A model generated the notes under the pieces. That model was not told the origin of the DNA and made no database searches. It saw nothing but the letters and a program-made list of their open reading frames with translations. The translations under genes were made by a program, and so were the position numbers. 44,657 nt of DNA from Polymyxa betae A26-41. Its lineage: Eukaryota > Protista > Endomyxa: Phytomyxea. The DNA lies in assembly GCA_003693705.1 (NCBI GenBank), contig RBZT01000539.1:1-44657 (forward strand), in the 5' to 3' direction. Shown one piece after another: positions 12,028-27,659 of the stretch. Position 1 is the stretch's first letter. Each line of letters begins with the position of its first letter.

Positions 12028-13725
12028 ATGACAGTCGTAGCATCAAAAGTTGAGAATGACGCCCTGAAGCAGAAAGTAGACGATCAAACATGCCCAAGGC
12101 CGAGATCGAGCCGAATTAATACGGCCCTGAGCGCCGTTGTGTGCTTGCTGGCCGCTGTCGGATTCGCTGTCGTGACAAATCGTTACGATGACTCGCAAGA
12201 TGAAGCCATCGTAGCGATGCTGCGATGGCTGGAGGCGAACGGCATCCAGATTGATGGCATGGAGATCGTTGAAGATGGCTTCGGCGGGCGCGACATTCGA
12301 AGCACGCGTCCAATCCGGGAAGGAGAGGTGCTGGCGGGCATGCCGCAGGGGATGATGCTTGGTCGGGATTATTGCCAAAATAATTCAGCCGTCCAAGCTG
12401 TCTATCAACTCGCGCCTGAAATGTCATCGAATGGTAAAATCGATTTCTGCGATCTCTTTTGTGTTATGTTACCTCATACTGGAGCAGCGCTCTCAATTGT
12501 AATGTTACTTCATTCACTATAGAGCTCCCTTTTTGTCTTTCAATTTGCCAGAGCAGATTTTGACCATGTTATGCAGAGCAGCTCGCCATCTGTTTATTGG
12601 CGAACATGGACGGGTCGTCATTCTGGACCCCGTTCATCAATGTTCTTCCCAAGTCGATCCCGCTGCCCATATTCTGGGACGAGGAGGATCTACTGTGGTT
12701 GGAGGTGCCACATTTCATCCAACATATTTTGGAAACGAGAGAATCGCTGCAAAGGACATATGAATCTGTGCAGCAAATTTCCCCGAAAGTGACCTTGCAG
12801 GAGTATATGCATGCTTGGGCTATCGTTGCTTGTATGTGGCTGGCATTAGTGAAAGATTTGAACTTGACAGAAATCAGCTAGGGCCTGGGGATTCAATATC
12901 GAGGGCGAGGTGCAGGAGCGACTTGTTCCTCTATTTGATTTGGCGAATCACGAACCGAATGGGATCATGGTATCTTTCAACGAAGACGACATAAGTGCCC
13001 AGTTGGTCGCCAATCGCGATTATGAATTTGGAGCGCCAATCCATACGTTTTACAGCAATCACAGGTACTCTAATTCAAGATACTTCTACATTTCCCTCTT
13101 AAGTTGATTTTTGTTTACATTTACTGGCTGTTCATCTCTTCATAGTGTTTTGGATCCGATTTTTCAATATTTAGTATTTTGCAAATAGCATATTATTTTC
13201 TTTTGATTTGGTTTTAATGCAATATTTTCTAAGAATGTGATTAGCAACTTCATCCTTCTGCATGGTTACGGATTCACATTGGAGAATAACGACGAACATA
13301 TGACTTGTTCAGTTGACGATGGGGAAAACATTTGGCAGCTAAACAGAAACATGGGAGAAAGCAGTGAGTTTCAGCAGTTCATGGAAAAGCATCGTGTCGC
13401 ATCCGTAACTGATCATAACAACGTCCTCGACCATGAAATTTTGGCCTTAGAGCAGCTGTATTTGGCGATTGAAACTGCAGAGACAGGGTCAACCACTATT
13501 GAAGAAGACGAAACACTACTACAGGACAAATCGCTCTCAATGAATCAGCGTAATGCTGTCCGCGCGAGAAGGCACGAGAAATTGTGCTGGAAGTCGTTCA
13601 AAAATTTAGCACAGACTTTGACCGAGATAATGTACGATTCCAAGAAATGGGCTTGGTTCGAGGCTAAATTTGAGGATTGGGCCGGCTTTGAGGATTATGC
13701 ACAACATATTTTCAGTATTCTGTGA
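12028..13725 (+). CDS. SET-domain protein methyltransferase, Rubisco LSMT/SETD3-like, with an N-terminal hydrophobic anchor
   Basis: WLEANG..GGRDIRSTRPIREGEVL; SFWTPFINVLP..P.PIFW; LVPLFDLANH; Y...SN...LL.YGF; LSMT substrate-binding-like tail TTIEEDETLL...NAVRAR..EK. Confidence 0.85.
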
Positions 13726-14162
13726 AATGCATTTATAAAATGAGTTATTGATTTATATGTCATGGTTTGGATCATGCAAGCGCCACCGTTGTATCTTCAA
13801 AGAGATGAGATAATGCATTCTGTCGATCAAAACGAAACATAAGGCGAAAGAGAGCGCGAAAATCCAGCAAATAAAAACTAGCAGTTTGTAGAGGTCGATA
13901 TTCTAGTGGGAATCAGACAGAAGGCCTTGTTATCGATCTACTCACAACCTAGTTTACAGAAGACAAATATAACGGGAAAGAATCAGAAGTGAAAGCATGC
14001 AATCGAGCGAACCTACAAACTGTCAAACTTCACCTTTCAGTAATGGGTTTATCGAAATGCTATATCCTGCAATCTCGTATAGATTTCGAGACAGTTTTTT
14101 TGCTGGAACAATGGGATTCGGATGGGTATATTGATTTCTGAACAAAACAAAGAATGACAGAG

Positions 14163-16468
<2,306 letters not shown>

Positions 16469-16764
16469 TTATCGATTTCGCCTTACAAAATGGCTCGCCA
16501 ATAAACTGGCTGAAATAACGACTTCCCAATTACGACTCAAAGCCGACACGGAAATTCACTAGACTTCTATGATTAATCTGAAAGGTCTGAGAAAAATTTA
16601 CAATAAAAAATCTTTCCCGGAAGTTCTTGTTTTCATGAGAAATCCTACGAATCGCTTTCCAGCTGCAATTTTGAAAGCATGTTGAATTTTTTGTAGTTCA
16701 GAAAATGGACATTATTTTTTATGATCCTTATACAATTGACAGAACAAAGCCAGACAAGTGGGTC

Positions 16765-18370
16765 TTAAGACCTTGGGAGACCACACATCTCACAATCTGT
16801 TCGGGATGCCTGATTCTTAAAAGTACAGGTGGTGCAGCTCCAATCACCTTTCGGAGCAGCTGAATTCGCAGAATCGATCATACTTTTGCCCTGAGACTTT
16901 CGAGCTTCTTCGCCTACACGAAAATATTGACGAACTCTTCGAAATCACAAATGGATAGTGTACCAGATTGCGTTCTTCTCCAGGTCTTGCAAAGAGTTAA
17001 CGAGGAATTCTTCGCCACTCGGTCCTTATGCAGGTGCTCAATAAACTGTAAAAAGATAAAAAGCCAGCCATATAGCAGAACGCCTTCGAATTACCTGACG
17101 AGCCCTATCCCACGCATACGAGTCATTAGTGCTGAAAACAACCTTATCGTTTGATTCTGCACCTGCCGAGCTAAAATTAAACACTAGAGCGTCATAATGA
17201 GCACTAGATCCACTTTGAGACGACTAAATTCGAGCAATAGGATCAGAATTGAAAAAAGCAGTAATCTGAATTTGACATGCCTGGCCGTTGGTGGTCGTAA
17301 ACAAAATGAATCTGAAGAGCAGTCACTTCGAAATGTCACCAGAAGCGAAGATATGCTTACACTCGTTTCTTATAACCCAAATTTTGACCATAAGTGTCTT
17401 CTCTTAGATAGTCTGGATCAAAAGCAACCTGAACCAGTCATTTGAATTTACTTCACAATCGAAAGCAGCAACTCACGATTTCCGTTTGAAACATCTCTGA
17501 GAAAATCGAGAGCTCAATAGCACCGCCCCAAACGTTTGGATTCATTATCCATCTATACAGAATATAAGCGGGCGTATGAGGCCATACTGGATGCTCGATT
17601 ACTGTTGATAGCCACGATTCGATTGCTCTAATAACATTTCGTTGTAAGTTCTGGGATCAGCAGAGACAGTATCAGCAACCTGAAGAGCATTGATATCAAA
17701 CAATTCAATAGGAGCGTAAATACCATCTTCCGCATGTTATTGGCTGCATCTCGAGCACGGTTCATGCACACATAAGCGATTGTATGGAAGAGACAGGAAT
17801 TATCTGGTGGCATGGCTCTTTGAACAAATAACCTGATAATTCAGGATAAGAAACCATTCAATTGCAATGTTGGACGGTGACTGAAAACGCAAGCAGCTTA
17901 TTCGACACTCAACAAAGAAAGAGCATAACGAGATAGGTGGGAGATAGGGAGTGAACAGAGACAAGATATCAAATAAATAACACAATCTAGAAGCAAGGTG
18001 CAATTAAATAGTCGTGAATTGACGGAGAAGCAAAGCGAAATAGTTGACAAAGTTGAGCCTACCCTTGGTTTTTAGGGATGGAATAAATGATGCCTTCAGA
18101 GTCCTTCGCGTCAGCTTTCGCAATACCACGTTTTGCTGATGTATTTTCGACGATAATGGAATCGCCAGATTTAATCCCAGAATCCTCTAAGCTTATTTCC
18201 CAATTCGACAGGTCCAGCTCTTTAGGAGGAAACCCGGTCATGAGTCGCTGTTCATCAGCTGGGACATCCACAGCCTCGGTGATGGCATTTAACAGTTGGG
18301 CTATGGTGCTTTGGGCAGACAGCGACGAAACAACCGCACGGGATGATGGTCCACGAATTTGAAGCTTCAT
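16765..18370 (-). CDS. OTU1: OTU1/YOD1-like deubiquitinase: N-terminal UBX-like domain, OTU catalytic domain, C-terminal NZF/RanBP2 zinc finger
   Basis: UBX-like MKLQIRGP...GFPPKEL; Cys box MPPDNSCLF; WGGAIELSIFS; His box AHYDAL; last exon GDWSCTTCTFKNQASRTDCEMCGLPRS-stop (16765). Confidence 0.85.
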
Positions 18371-20800
18371 AGTTTGTGATCAAGAAGTCTGTTAGAAGTC
18401 TAGAACGACGTAACATTACATAAAGATAAACGGGCTGCGGCCTGCTGTGTAGAAAATGCGCGCAATATTGACGAAGTTTTTCATTTTTTTTTATAAAGAC
18501 GCTAATCACAACGCATTTTCAAACTGAAATCGCAATTTAGAATTTGAAACAAGATTATGGCTCGCCGATCATGGTATTGTAATAAATTGATGTCATGAAG
18601 GGTAGCCTCTAACGCTGAAACAAATCATTGCGAGAGCCAACACGATGACAGTACATTGTTGATATAGAGAAAGAGAATTCATCTGGGGTGTGTCCAAAGA
18701 AGCGACAGCAAAGACGATGAAATGATGCAAGAACCGATTTCGTGGCAAAGTATCCAACCGTGTTCTTTCATGTGACTTCGAACTTTGATTTTGATTCATG
18801 CCATGATGTTAGACGCGGGCCTCTTTCATGGCATCGGTCTTATTACCAAAGGTAATGGGTGCACCGCCCCATGCTGTCCGATGTCAGATGCTAACGAAGA
18901 TCGGCGTTCAGAACTGCCAGAGCGAGTCGATTAGCACAACAAAATAATATAATCTAAACCTTTGTATGATTATGTGGATCGATTGGATTTCTCATCTGGT
19001 ACGTGTGAGCGACACGAAACATTTCAAAAGCATTCGCGTGAGGCCAACGATTATTAAGGAATCGCTTTGACGCTTTCTGGGGCTGTTTGCTGGAAATGTC
19101 AATTTCCGAAACATCTCATGAATACTTCTTAGCCTGGAGGAACAAAAGAAGCTGACCCCCCAGTATCTTTCGGCGAATAATCATCGATTATGATTAGTTG
19201 AGAAATTCGCGATCCGTGTCTGCTGATGAATTGTGATTACAAAATCTTATGATGATAGTAGACGGCATCTTTAAGCCAAATTAATCCAAGAACGTATGTC
19301 TAATCAGACGCTTCCGAACTTTGTTTGCGCGATTAAAAAGAAACGATCAAACAAATCGAATACGCTACGGGAACTCGGAGAAGGGGTTTGCTCATAATCC
19401 AGATTTGTCACCTGCTCCGATGGGATCAAACATTCGCCTCACGACATCTACAGTATCAAGCAAATGAACAACGGGGAGCTGCTCGCCTCAAGAACCCATT
19501 GATATTGGGTATGCATTGGGGAAGGTCCCTCGGTTTGATCAAAATCGCTCTCATAAACACTATGCTGAATTGAAGCGTCAGGATACTGTATTCTGATTCG
19601 GATTGGGATGGGGATCTTAATACCGGCATATCAACTAATGATTGTGTATATGCTTTGACAATCAATCGTCAGGATTCACAATCTTTGAATGTCTTTGCGC
19701 CAAGAAAAAGCTTCGGGATCGCTCTAGAATAATGACTAAAGCTAAAGCATAAATGACGTTTCGAGCAGTGCTGTGCAATTTAGGATTGTGGTTAATGTTA
19801 TCGCAGCAGGTTTGATGTTCGCTTTAGCGATTCTGGACTTTTGCGTCCAATCGCATACTATCTAATAACAGATTGTTAAATCAAGAGAATTTGTGTTAAG
19901 TATACAAAGTTGAGTTTAACGAACTTCGTATTGAAGGTGGATTTCCAGCATGCGATGCCATCACATTATCACTATCAGCACCGATGCCTGTAACACCGCG
20001 GGTTTCGAGGCTTTGACGAGTGATTGGTATGAATAATGACTAGAATCGTTCCCGTGTTAATCGTGTTCAGCTCCTGTCGGCACATGGCAATGACAAGTAT
20101 AGTCCAAGTAGAGAATTGCAATCAAGCCCTCTGATGATGACGTGTACAACAGCATTCGTATACTCCATAATGATAATGCTTCTGCAAATGCTTTGGTTGC
20201 GAAGATTTCATTTTGCAGATCTCAAGTGCTTAAACACTTCTTTAAAAAATAATTTCGTGATCAGTGATTGGGCAATGCGGTCCAGAACTTTCAGGATGTC
20301 CTCGGAGAGCAAGCTCGAACGGAAATCAACCGCGCGTTCAGGCAAGATTCTGTAAAGAGAGCGTTTTGCAGATGTTTGCATTGCCCAGAACGAATCTCTC
20401 ATGCATCAAGCGAAAAGCAATGTTCTTGCCGGCCGAATAAAAGTCGTCTTGCTAACGAGAGAATGCAGACCCAGGCATTCTTGGCAAATTCCGGAGACGA
20501 TCCACACCAGAAAATCAGATCGCAAAAGTGATTACTGAGGGTTTCCTGACATCTTTAAAGCCGCCTGGCTGCTTGCCGAGCGATGGAGCACGATTGCATC
20601 AATCAAATAGCGGACGCTGAACCAAAACTAAACCGCTTCTTTCTTAGATGGCAGAGTCCAACATTCATATTTATAAAGCCAGGAAGGCGATCAATTTAGC
20701 AGAGTTTTCAATTGCCGCTTTCGCTGCTCTCATTAAAGCAGATTAAGCGGAATGTGTGTCCAAGAAGAATAATCTCAACACAATCGCATTTCGATGACCG

Positions 20801-22339
20801 TTACCGAGCTGAAATCTGCCTTGCGGCCAAGACGCCAAATAGTAGAGCAGACAGGAGGATGACTAGAAATCCGGATTTGATCTGAGACCGAGAGCCTTTC
20901 GTAGGATTCTTGAAATGCTCGTGGTTCTCCAGCATCCAAAGAACGCTGTCTTTCAGCGCTTCCGAACCCGGACGATGTTTATAGTCTAGTTCAAGCTCCG
21001 CCTTTTCGGAAGAGAAATAACAGAACATGTTCGCGGGCAAAACCTGATACAGACTAATTAGAAACGCATAAACATTCAGGCAAAAACGCAAAGCCAGCAA
21101 AAACGGTTGAACGAGAAGTTAAGGTTGCGATTGAAAAAACTACACAGAAGCTGATCTTCGAGGTCGTAGAAAGAGTGAATCAGTGAGCTTGAGAAAACAA
21201 GACAGCGAGAATTCAGCAAAAAGAAGAAACAAAATTGAATCAAAGAGCAGAATCGCTGACCTTTTCTAACGGGACAAAACCGAGGCGTCCTGCGAGCGTT
21301 TGTAGCCAAATGGGCATAGCAATCCAAGGCGCAGGAACGCCGGCCAGCGTGGCGATCATCTCGAACATGGTCTTCACCGGGATATTATCGCCGCCCAGAA
21401 TGTAGCGCTGGCCGGTACGACCCTTGTGCCAGGCCCGCACAAGCCCGTCGGCAACATCGTCAACATGGACGATGTTGTTGCCGCCTTTCGTATAGAAAGG
21501 GAAGCGACCTCGGGCAACCTTTACCTGAAACCAATCAGAATCAGTCGTCGATTAAGGGCCAATAGCACCGGAAGAGCAAACCTGAGTGGATCGTGAGGAC
21601 TTTAAGGTATCGCGAGGCCCATAGATGTTTCCGGGGTTAACGATGATCAGATCCAAGCCGACCAGGGCCAACAAGGCCCGTTCCGCTTCCAGTTTCGATT
21701 CGCAATAGCTGAGAGTGTATTTGCTGAGATTATAGGAATCGTTTTCGTTACGAGGCGGATCTGAAGCGTTCCAGTTGAATCCGAGCGCCGCCATCGATGA
21801 CACATGAACCATTCGACAGCCTTTTGATTGGTTAAAAGGCGTCAAATGTAAACCAAATTATTTTGAAAATTGAAAAAAATGTGAACAAATCAGCAGGCGG
21901 GAAAACTGCTTTTGGTTATACAAATTGAAGTGGTAAGCAACAAAAAGATTATGCAATAAAAACGCAATAAACGATAGCGGATTGCATCATATAGAAAGTA
22001 TGAAGAAAATTATATGGCGAAAAATGATGGACCTTGTTTCAGGCAAGCTCGGGCAACAATGAGGGACCCTTCGACATTGACCTTAAACATTGGATCGCGC
22101 ATGGCTGGTTCATATGCAATAATAGCAGCTAGATGGAACACGACATCAACGCCAGAAACTGCAGAGTCAACCGATTCAGCAGTAAGGACGTCACCGATAA
22201 CAACACGTGCAGATGGGAACCCATCCGGGAGAGAATCCTGGCAGCGAACTAATACAACAAGCTCGTGTCCGTCATCGGTCAGACGCCGGCAGAGAGCAGT
22301 TCCAAGGAACCCGGCAGCACCGGTCACCAGGCACTTCAT
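20801..22339 (-). CDS. Extended SDR NAD-dependent epimerase/dehydratase (HpnA/dihydroflavonol-reductase-like) with C-terminal transmembrane segment
   Basis: LVTGAAGFLG, VFHLAA, NVEGS, VHVSS, YCESK catalytic motif, NPGNIYGP, VHVDDVADG, GRTGQRYILGG; hydrophobic tail GFLVILLSALLFGVLA. Confidence 0.88.
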
Positions 22340-24686
22340 AAATGCAAGACGACAATCTCATCAACATTAAATAACAGATACGCACTTTGTCAAATGTTTA
22401 AGCTCAATTTTCAGCAGTGCGCACAATTGCTGAATTGGAAATTGGAATTCTCGTCACTTATTGCGAAATCAGTGGCGCGATTTTCTTGTTATTCGTCATG
22501 GCGTTGAGAGAGCTATTGCGTGGACGTCCTGGACGATGCCTTGGTGAGCCACAAGACACCGAGCGACCGGCAGCGTCTGATTTCCAAATATCTCGATTTG
22601 ATCCTTCCCAAACAATCGTTCCCGGATAGTCGTTTGCACTGGCCGAGACTTTAACGAACTTGTTGCCGACGCTGTTGATCATGTGGCTTCTGCTGACCTC
22701 CAAGGTTTTCAACGATTTGTCGCGCTTCGATTTTATTTTGACAATCCTTTTGCATATTGCTCATCAAAATTTTCTGGTCTCGTGCTCATTATATTTTATA
22801 TACAACTTTGGGTATATTTTTAACGCCTTGTCGAGTAACAACTTTGCGTTTTCCGAAAATACAAATAGTCGCTTATTTATTTGAGCCCTTAGTTTTAGAA
22901 TCATCATTCTTAGATTCATCATTTCCAATCGAAGGCTCTTGTTAGGGACTTTTTGCTAACAGTAATCATATCTGGACCGAAGAACGGACTTGGTTAATCG
23001 CTATTGCAACGGGCTGGAAAAAGTTCTTCCGGCGTCATATTGATCGATTTTATGATGCAAGGTTTTCAATCCGTAATGGTAATGTATCATCTGAACAAGC
23101 GCCGTTTGAAAAAATGAACAGCTTACGGAAATATCACCATCGAATATCGCCAGATTTGATCCTCATCAATCCTTTTTACCATTATATTGGTAAATGAGGG
23201 AATATTTATTGCAGCTACATTCATGTGTGCGAAATCAAACGTCTCTTGATGACATTATTGACTTATTTTCCCAGATGTTTAGGATATTATTGATATGAAC
23301 TCTCTCAGCGAAGGTCAAATTAATGCTGTCCATCAGTAATGGTGATATCATGCGCACAGATCTTGTGAAGCGTTTTTCTTTTTGCTTAAAGCTCTTTCTA
23401 TTTTGCAGAATGTTCGTGACCGAGTTAGCAGTCGCCCGATGATGCAATCCCGGGTTGAGTCAAATGGATGTCGTCAAGGCATTTCGCAATGAGTACTGAA
23501 TCGCTTTGGGAGAATGAACGTGCACGGATCATCACCAGAAAACGAACATGTTCCATGTAGGAGGTCCAGTATATCCTACAGAAAAAGTTCGGTACCTGTG
23601 CGGGGGTGATCGATACTGTGCTCATGAATTCGTAAGCGTTGTCCAAACCGAAATTCCTGCTCGGGAAGGCACATTCGCGAATATGTATTTATACCAGAGA
23701 TTTCACGAAATTTGAAAGTACTAATTTCCCGGTCCGAAATCTTCAGATTGGAGTCGTGACTTTATAACCTCCCAAAAGGAAAATGTTAACATTAGATGCT
23801 GATTAAAATCTGATCCATTAACAGACTATATATACGCTTGCTGATCGAGTCTCCTGACGCAAATTGGACATACATTCGCTCCTGCCCAAGTTAGGGATAC
23901 TGCTTAAAACATTCATCAACCGGGGGATCAACCACTACTGACACTATAGAGTTAATGAATAGTCATAATGAAGCACATCTCCATCACGATACCAAAGAAA
24001 ACATACAGGAGTCAACGCCATCTTCATCAGCGATGAGGTCGACGATCGCCTGCACCTCCTGCGGCAGCGAATTTGACCATTTGACATTAATTGATACATC
24101 TTAATAAAGGACTAATCAGATACATACCGGTTTAATGAACAATTGGCCGGACATCGGCACAGTCTGGGAATGCTGGGCTTCTAAAAGGAACAGTGTGGGC
24201 AGTTTTCAACCGACGAATTGTCTCAGTTTAGGGTTTGGTACTTGTGAAATGGGTTAGGTGTTCTGGGTTAGTTGAGTGACGATACAGAATTACTCTCTAG
24301 ATAGCGCTGCTAGATAGAGGACGCTCTATGCTGTTAGACTTCATAGCAAAAGATTATGCTGATTTGCAATAAGTTGGTGCTTTTTCGAACATATTGCAGC
24401 GGATGTGACCGAGAATGTTCTATCTACTACAATGTTATGTTACCATGAGTCATAAGCCTGATAATGATACAATCACCATCCAGTGAGGAATTATCTGGAC
24501 AAACATTGGAGGGTGACCCAGAGGCGTTTCTGAGCGGATCAGGTCAGAGGATTCAATTTTTTGATTTCGCAGCTTACAATGCCCGCAATGGCAACGCTCG
24601 GAAACTTGAGGATTCTCTCTCAATCAATCAACCAACACATCGTACTTGCTCAGTATTGGACGAAATGCTTCGATTGCAGAAAGGCA

Positions 24687-24745
24687 GACGTATCAATGCA
24701 CTGGTGCGTGTCATGCTGACGTATCAATGCACTGGTGCGTGTCAT
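24687..24745. repeat. 31-bp tandem duplication
   Basis: gacgtatcaatgcactggtgcgtgtcat(gct) twice in tandem. Confidence 0.85.
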
Positions 24746-26754
24746 CTGGCCCGGAACACCCCGATGAATATTGAATGATGAAGAATCTTACCTCCCTAAC
24801 TGAGCACGTTTTTGCATCGCAATATCCTTTTTGTCAGTCAGGCGGCCGAGAGATTTTTTGGCCTTAATAGGCAGGTAGAGAGAGGTTGAAGAAGGAAGTC
24901 ATCGACAAACCCTGCAGGATGCCGCTGTGTGAGCCCACAGGCCAGACAAGCTCTGTTCGAAACCCTCTCATGAGGAAAGCCGCCATTATAGAGCTCCAAT
25001 CTGGGCATTACCGAACTTAACAGCTTCAAAACAAAATGCACATTTTCTCTTTGATGATTTCTGTTTTCGAAAATCTACGTGATTGCAGTTTTTAAGTGAT
25101 TTCGAAACAGCGTTTTATTCACCATGATTAGACAGATGACAAAGGTTGAGGATTTCAAGCGGACTGACTCGTTGAAGCTGGGCGAACTAGGAAGTATGAA
25201 GGCTAAAACGAAACACACTAAGATTGACAACCACGCATTACAGAATCATTACGTCATCGTCAGGAGTGAGTTCGTACTGGACCACGCATTAGATACGATA
25301 CACACAGTGTAGCGAAATTTCGACTTACAGCGATAGTCTCAGGGTTCGGGCGGCTCTCCTTCGGGCAGACGGCGTTTTTCGCGGCACCGACAAATTTGCT
25401 GCAGCTAAGGGGTAGGGTTTAGAGTTTCAGCGACTGAAATGGATCCCGGAGATAAGTACTAGCCCCAACTGTTACACCATTCGCCGTATCTGCAGCGGAA
25501 GTTACCGTGGCCTGCAGTGCCGCACTTACCCCACTTATGGAACTTCTCGACTTGGCACTAAGACAGTTGATAAATTTTGGGGTGAGGGTTTTAGAATTCG
25601 CTCTCACGTTCTTCTTGCGGGATTCGGTGTCGTAACTGTCCAATTCCTCCTGCCCAAACAGTCAGTGCTGTTTTGGCAAGGGTTTTAGGGTTTGTTTACC
25701 CCCTCGGTATCATCCTGCGGCATGTAATTTTGGACCTATCCAATTGTTAGCTAATGTTATCAAGTTTCGTTCGAGGCTGTATAACCAAATCGTCGGGGAG
25801 AATTCACGCTATGAAACAATATTATGGAATGTTTGAGAGCAGCGATGGGCTAAACCAACCATGATTTGTTCCGGATCATCACGTTCCTCAGGAGCGCATA
25901 GAGCTTTGTCACGATATTCGGGGGCATTACCACAGCTGATCGTGAATTAACAATACAGAATATCGTCACAGTAGGTATTCAATAATAGGAAAATTGCGAC
26001 AAAGACAAATCAGAAATTTTGAAAGTCCATGAACTATTTCAGTAATTCTGTAAGATCTTGAAACTCTTACAAACACAACAATGTCTTCCCTCTACTAGTA
26101 TACTTCATAAACGTTTGTGTATAAATGGAGAATACGAAAAACGTTTGAAAACATTGTCACGACTTACTATCCCCATTGGCTGCAATAATAGCCCTGCGGG
26201 CAACGTAGATAGGCATGTTCACGACCACCACATTTCCCCATTATGCTGTAGAATTCCGAGGAGCACTGAAAACAATGCAATCAAAACATGAAGCAGTATG
26301 ACAACGTGTGGGTCGTACTGGAGCTGGATTGGTTGAATTATCTTGAGCCGAGCATGCGATCGTCAAACAAGCGATGAATAATAAAGCTTTCAGCATGGTC
26401 TATGTAACTGTTATTAATAGAAGAAAGACTTATGAGGTGACGGGATGACCTTTGATGAGGACGGGATTGATATGCCAGAAGGTGGTCAAATATAAGAATG
26501 AGCAGACCGAGCCAAGGTACCCGGGAGGAGTTAGTTAAAGGCCCAAACCTCCAAGGGGTCTGACCGAGTCTGAGTCGAGTGTCGCCATCATGGCCTGGCC
26601 TGGGCTGTGCCCCAGCAGTGGAAAGCACCAAACCAGTGCTGGAAACCTGGTCAGGTGGCGAAGAGAGAAGGATACAAGAGAGGCGCGGCCTGCCGACAGT
26701 GTCAGTCATGGGACTGAAGCAGTGCAGAATCGGACCAAAACTGGACGATACTGC

Positions 26755-26830
26755 GTGGCTGCGCACTATTAATAGTGTAAATCGAGTGGCTGCGCACTAT
26801 TAATACATCGAAGGGCTGCGTACTATTAAT
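26755..26830. repeat. Three spaced copies of ggctgcg(c/t)actattaat
   Basis: Copies near 26757, 26788 and 26814. Confidence 0.75.
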
Positions 26831-27403
26831 GCATCCGAGCGTCTTTTAGGCAGAGGCGAGCCTCCCATATTCAGCAACGTCGCTGGTTTGTTTGCGGATT
26901 GGCCGGACAGCGTTCAGCTAGTGGCTTTGATCGTTCCAGTGCTGATGAGGACGGTGCCGCTGCAACCGGGTGTCCACTGTAAATCGATCATGAGCCCGTC
27001 GCGGATATTACCAGGATCATCTGTGGCGCTGATGATTGCGAATCAGCAAATGCTCAACAAAACAGGTTTAGCAATTGTCTCCGACCGACGGATAGATCGT
27101 GGTAAATCACCGAAATAAAGACATACGGATCGATAAGCTCCATCCGCTACACAACAGAGTACGAAGAAATCATACAGAGCTTGAATCCATTCTTGATAAC
27201 ATTCGAATGGAATTACAGAATCCATATTGTTATTGCCCTTATACAGAAAGTCAGAGACAATTGAACATCATCTCATCAAATAAAAACAAACATTTAAGAA
27301 ATCATAAAAAAGTTTCTACCGACATAGGTTATACATAATCCGGGAAGTCCGAGCCCCGTTCGAACTCGCCCAGCACGTCTCTCATCGTAGATGTCGTGAG
27401 ATC

Positions 27404-27659
27404 ATGAGGGTGGTCCTAATTGTAACGCTGGCCTTGGTGGCGGTGTCGGCCATGGACCTCGAGCCTGCCGGCGGCCACTCGGAAAGCGTCACGGACCCGA
27501 CGCTGGCCCGCTACACTCCGAACGAGATCCCAAAGGACCGGCCTCCTCACGAGATTCTGGAGGCCGTCGTCTGTCATACCCGCCCGAACCCGCTCCTAAT
27601 CGCAAGGCTCGCGCTGGTCGACAAAACCCATTTCGAATTTCTCCTGGACATCTTCCTCC
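27404..27659 (+). pseudogene. 5' fragment (signal peptide + F-box-like motif) of the secreted F-box/ankyrin family
   Basis: Nearly identical to 33355-33606, including the upstream ctctcatcgt..tgtcgtgagatc; similarity stops at about 27659. Confidence 0.85.

Noticed and set aside
18700-20600. Possible multi-exon gene on the plus strand
   Set aside because: Splice-like signals and short coding-like stretches are present, but I could not build a consistent frame or assign a product
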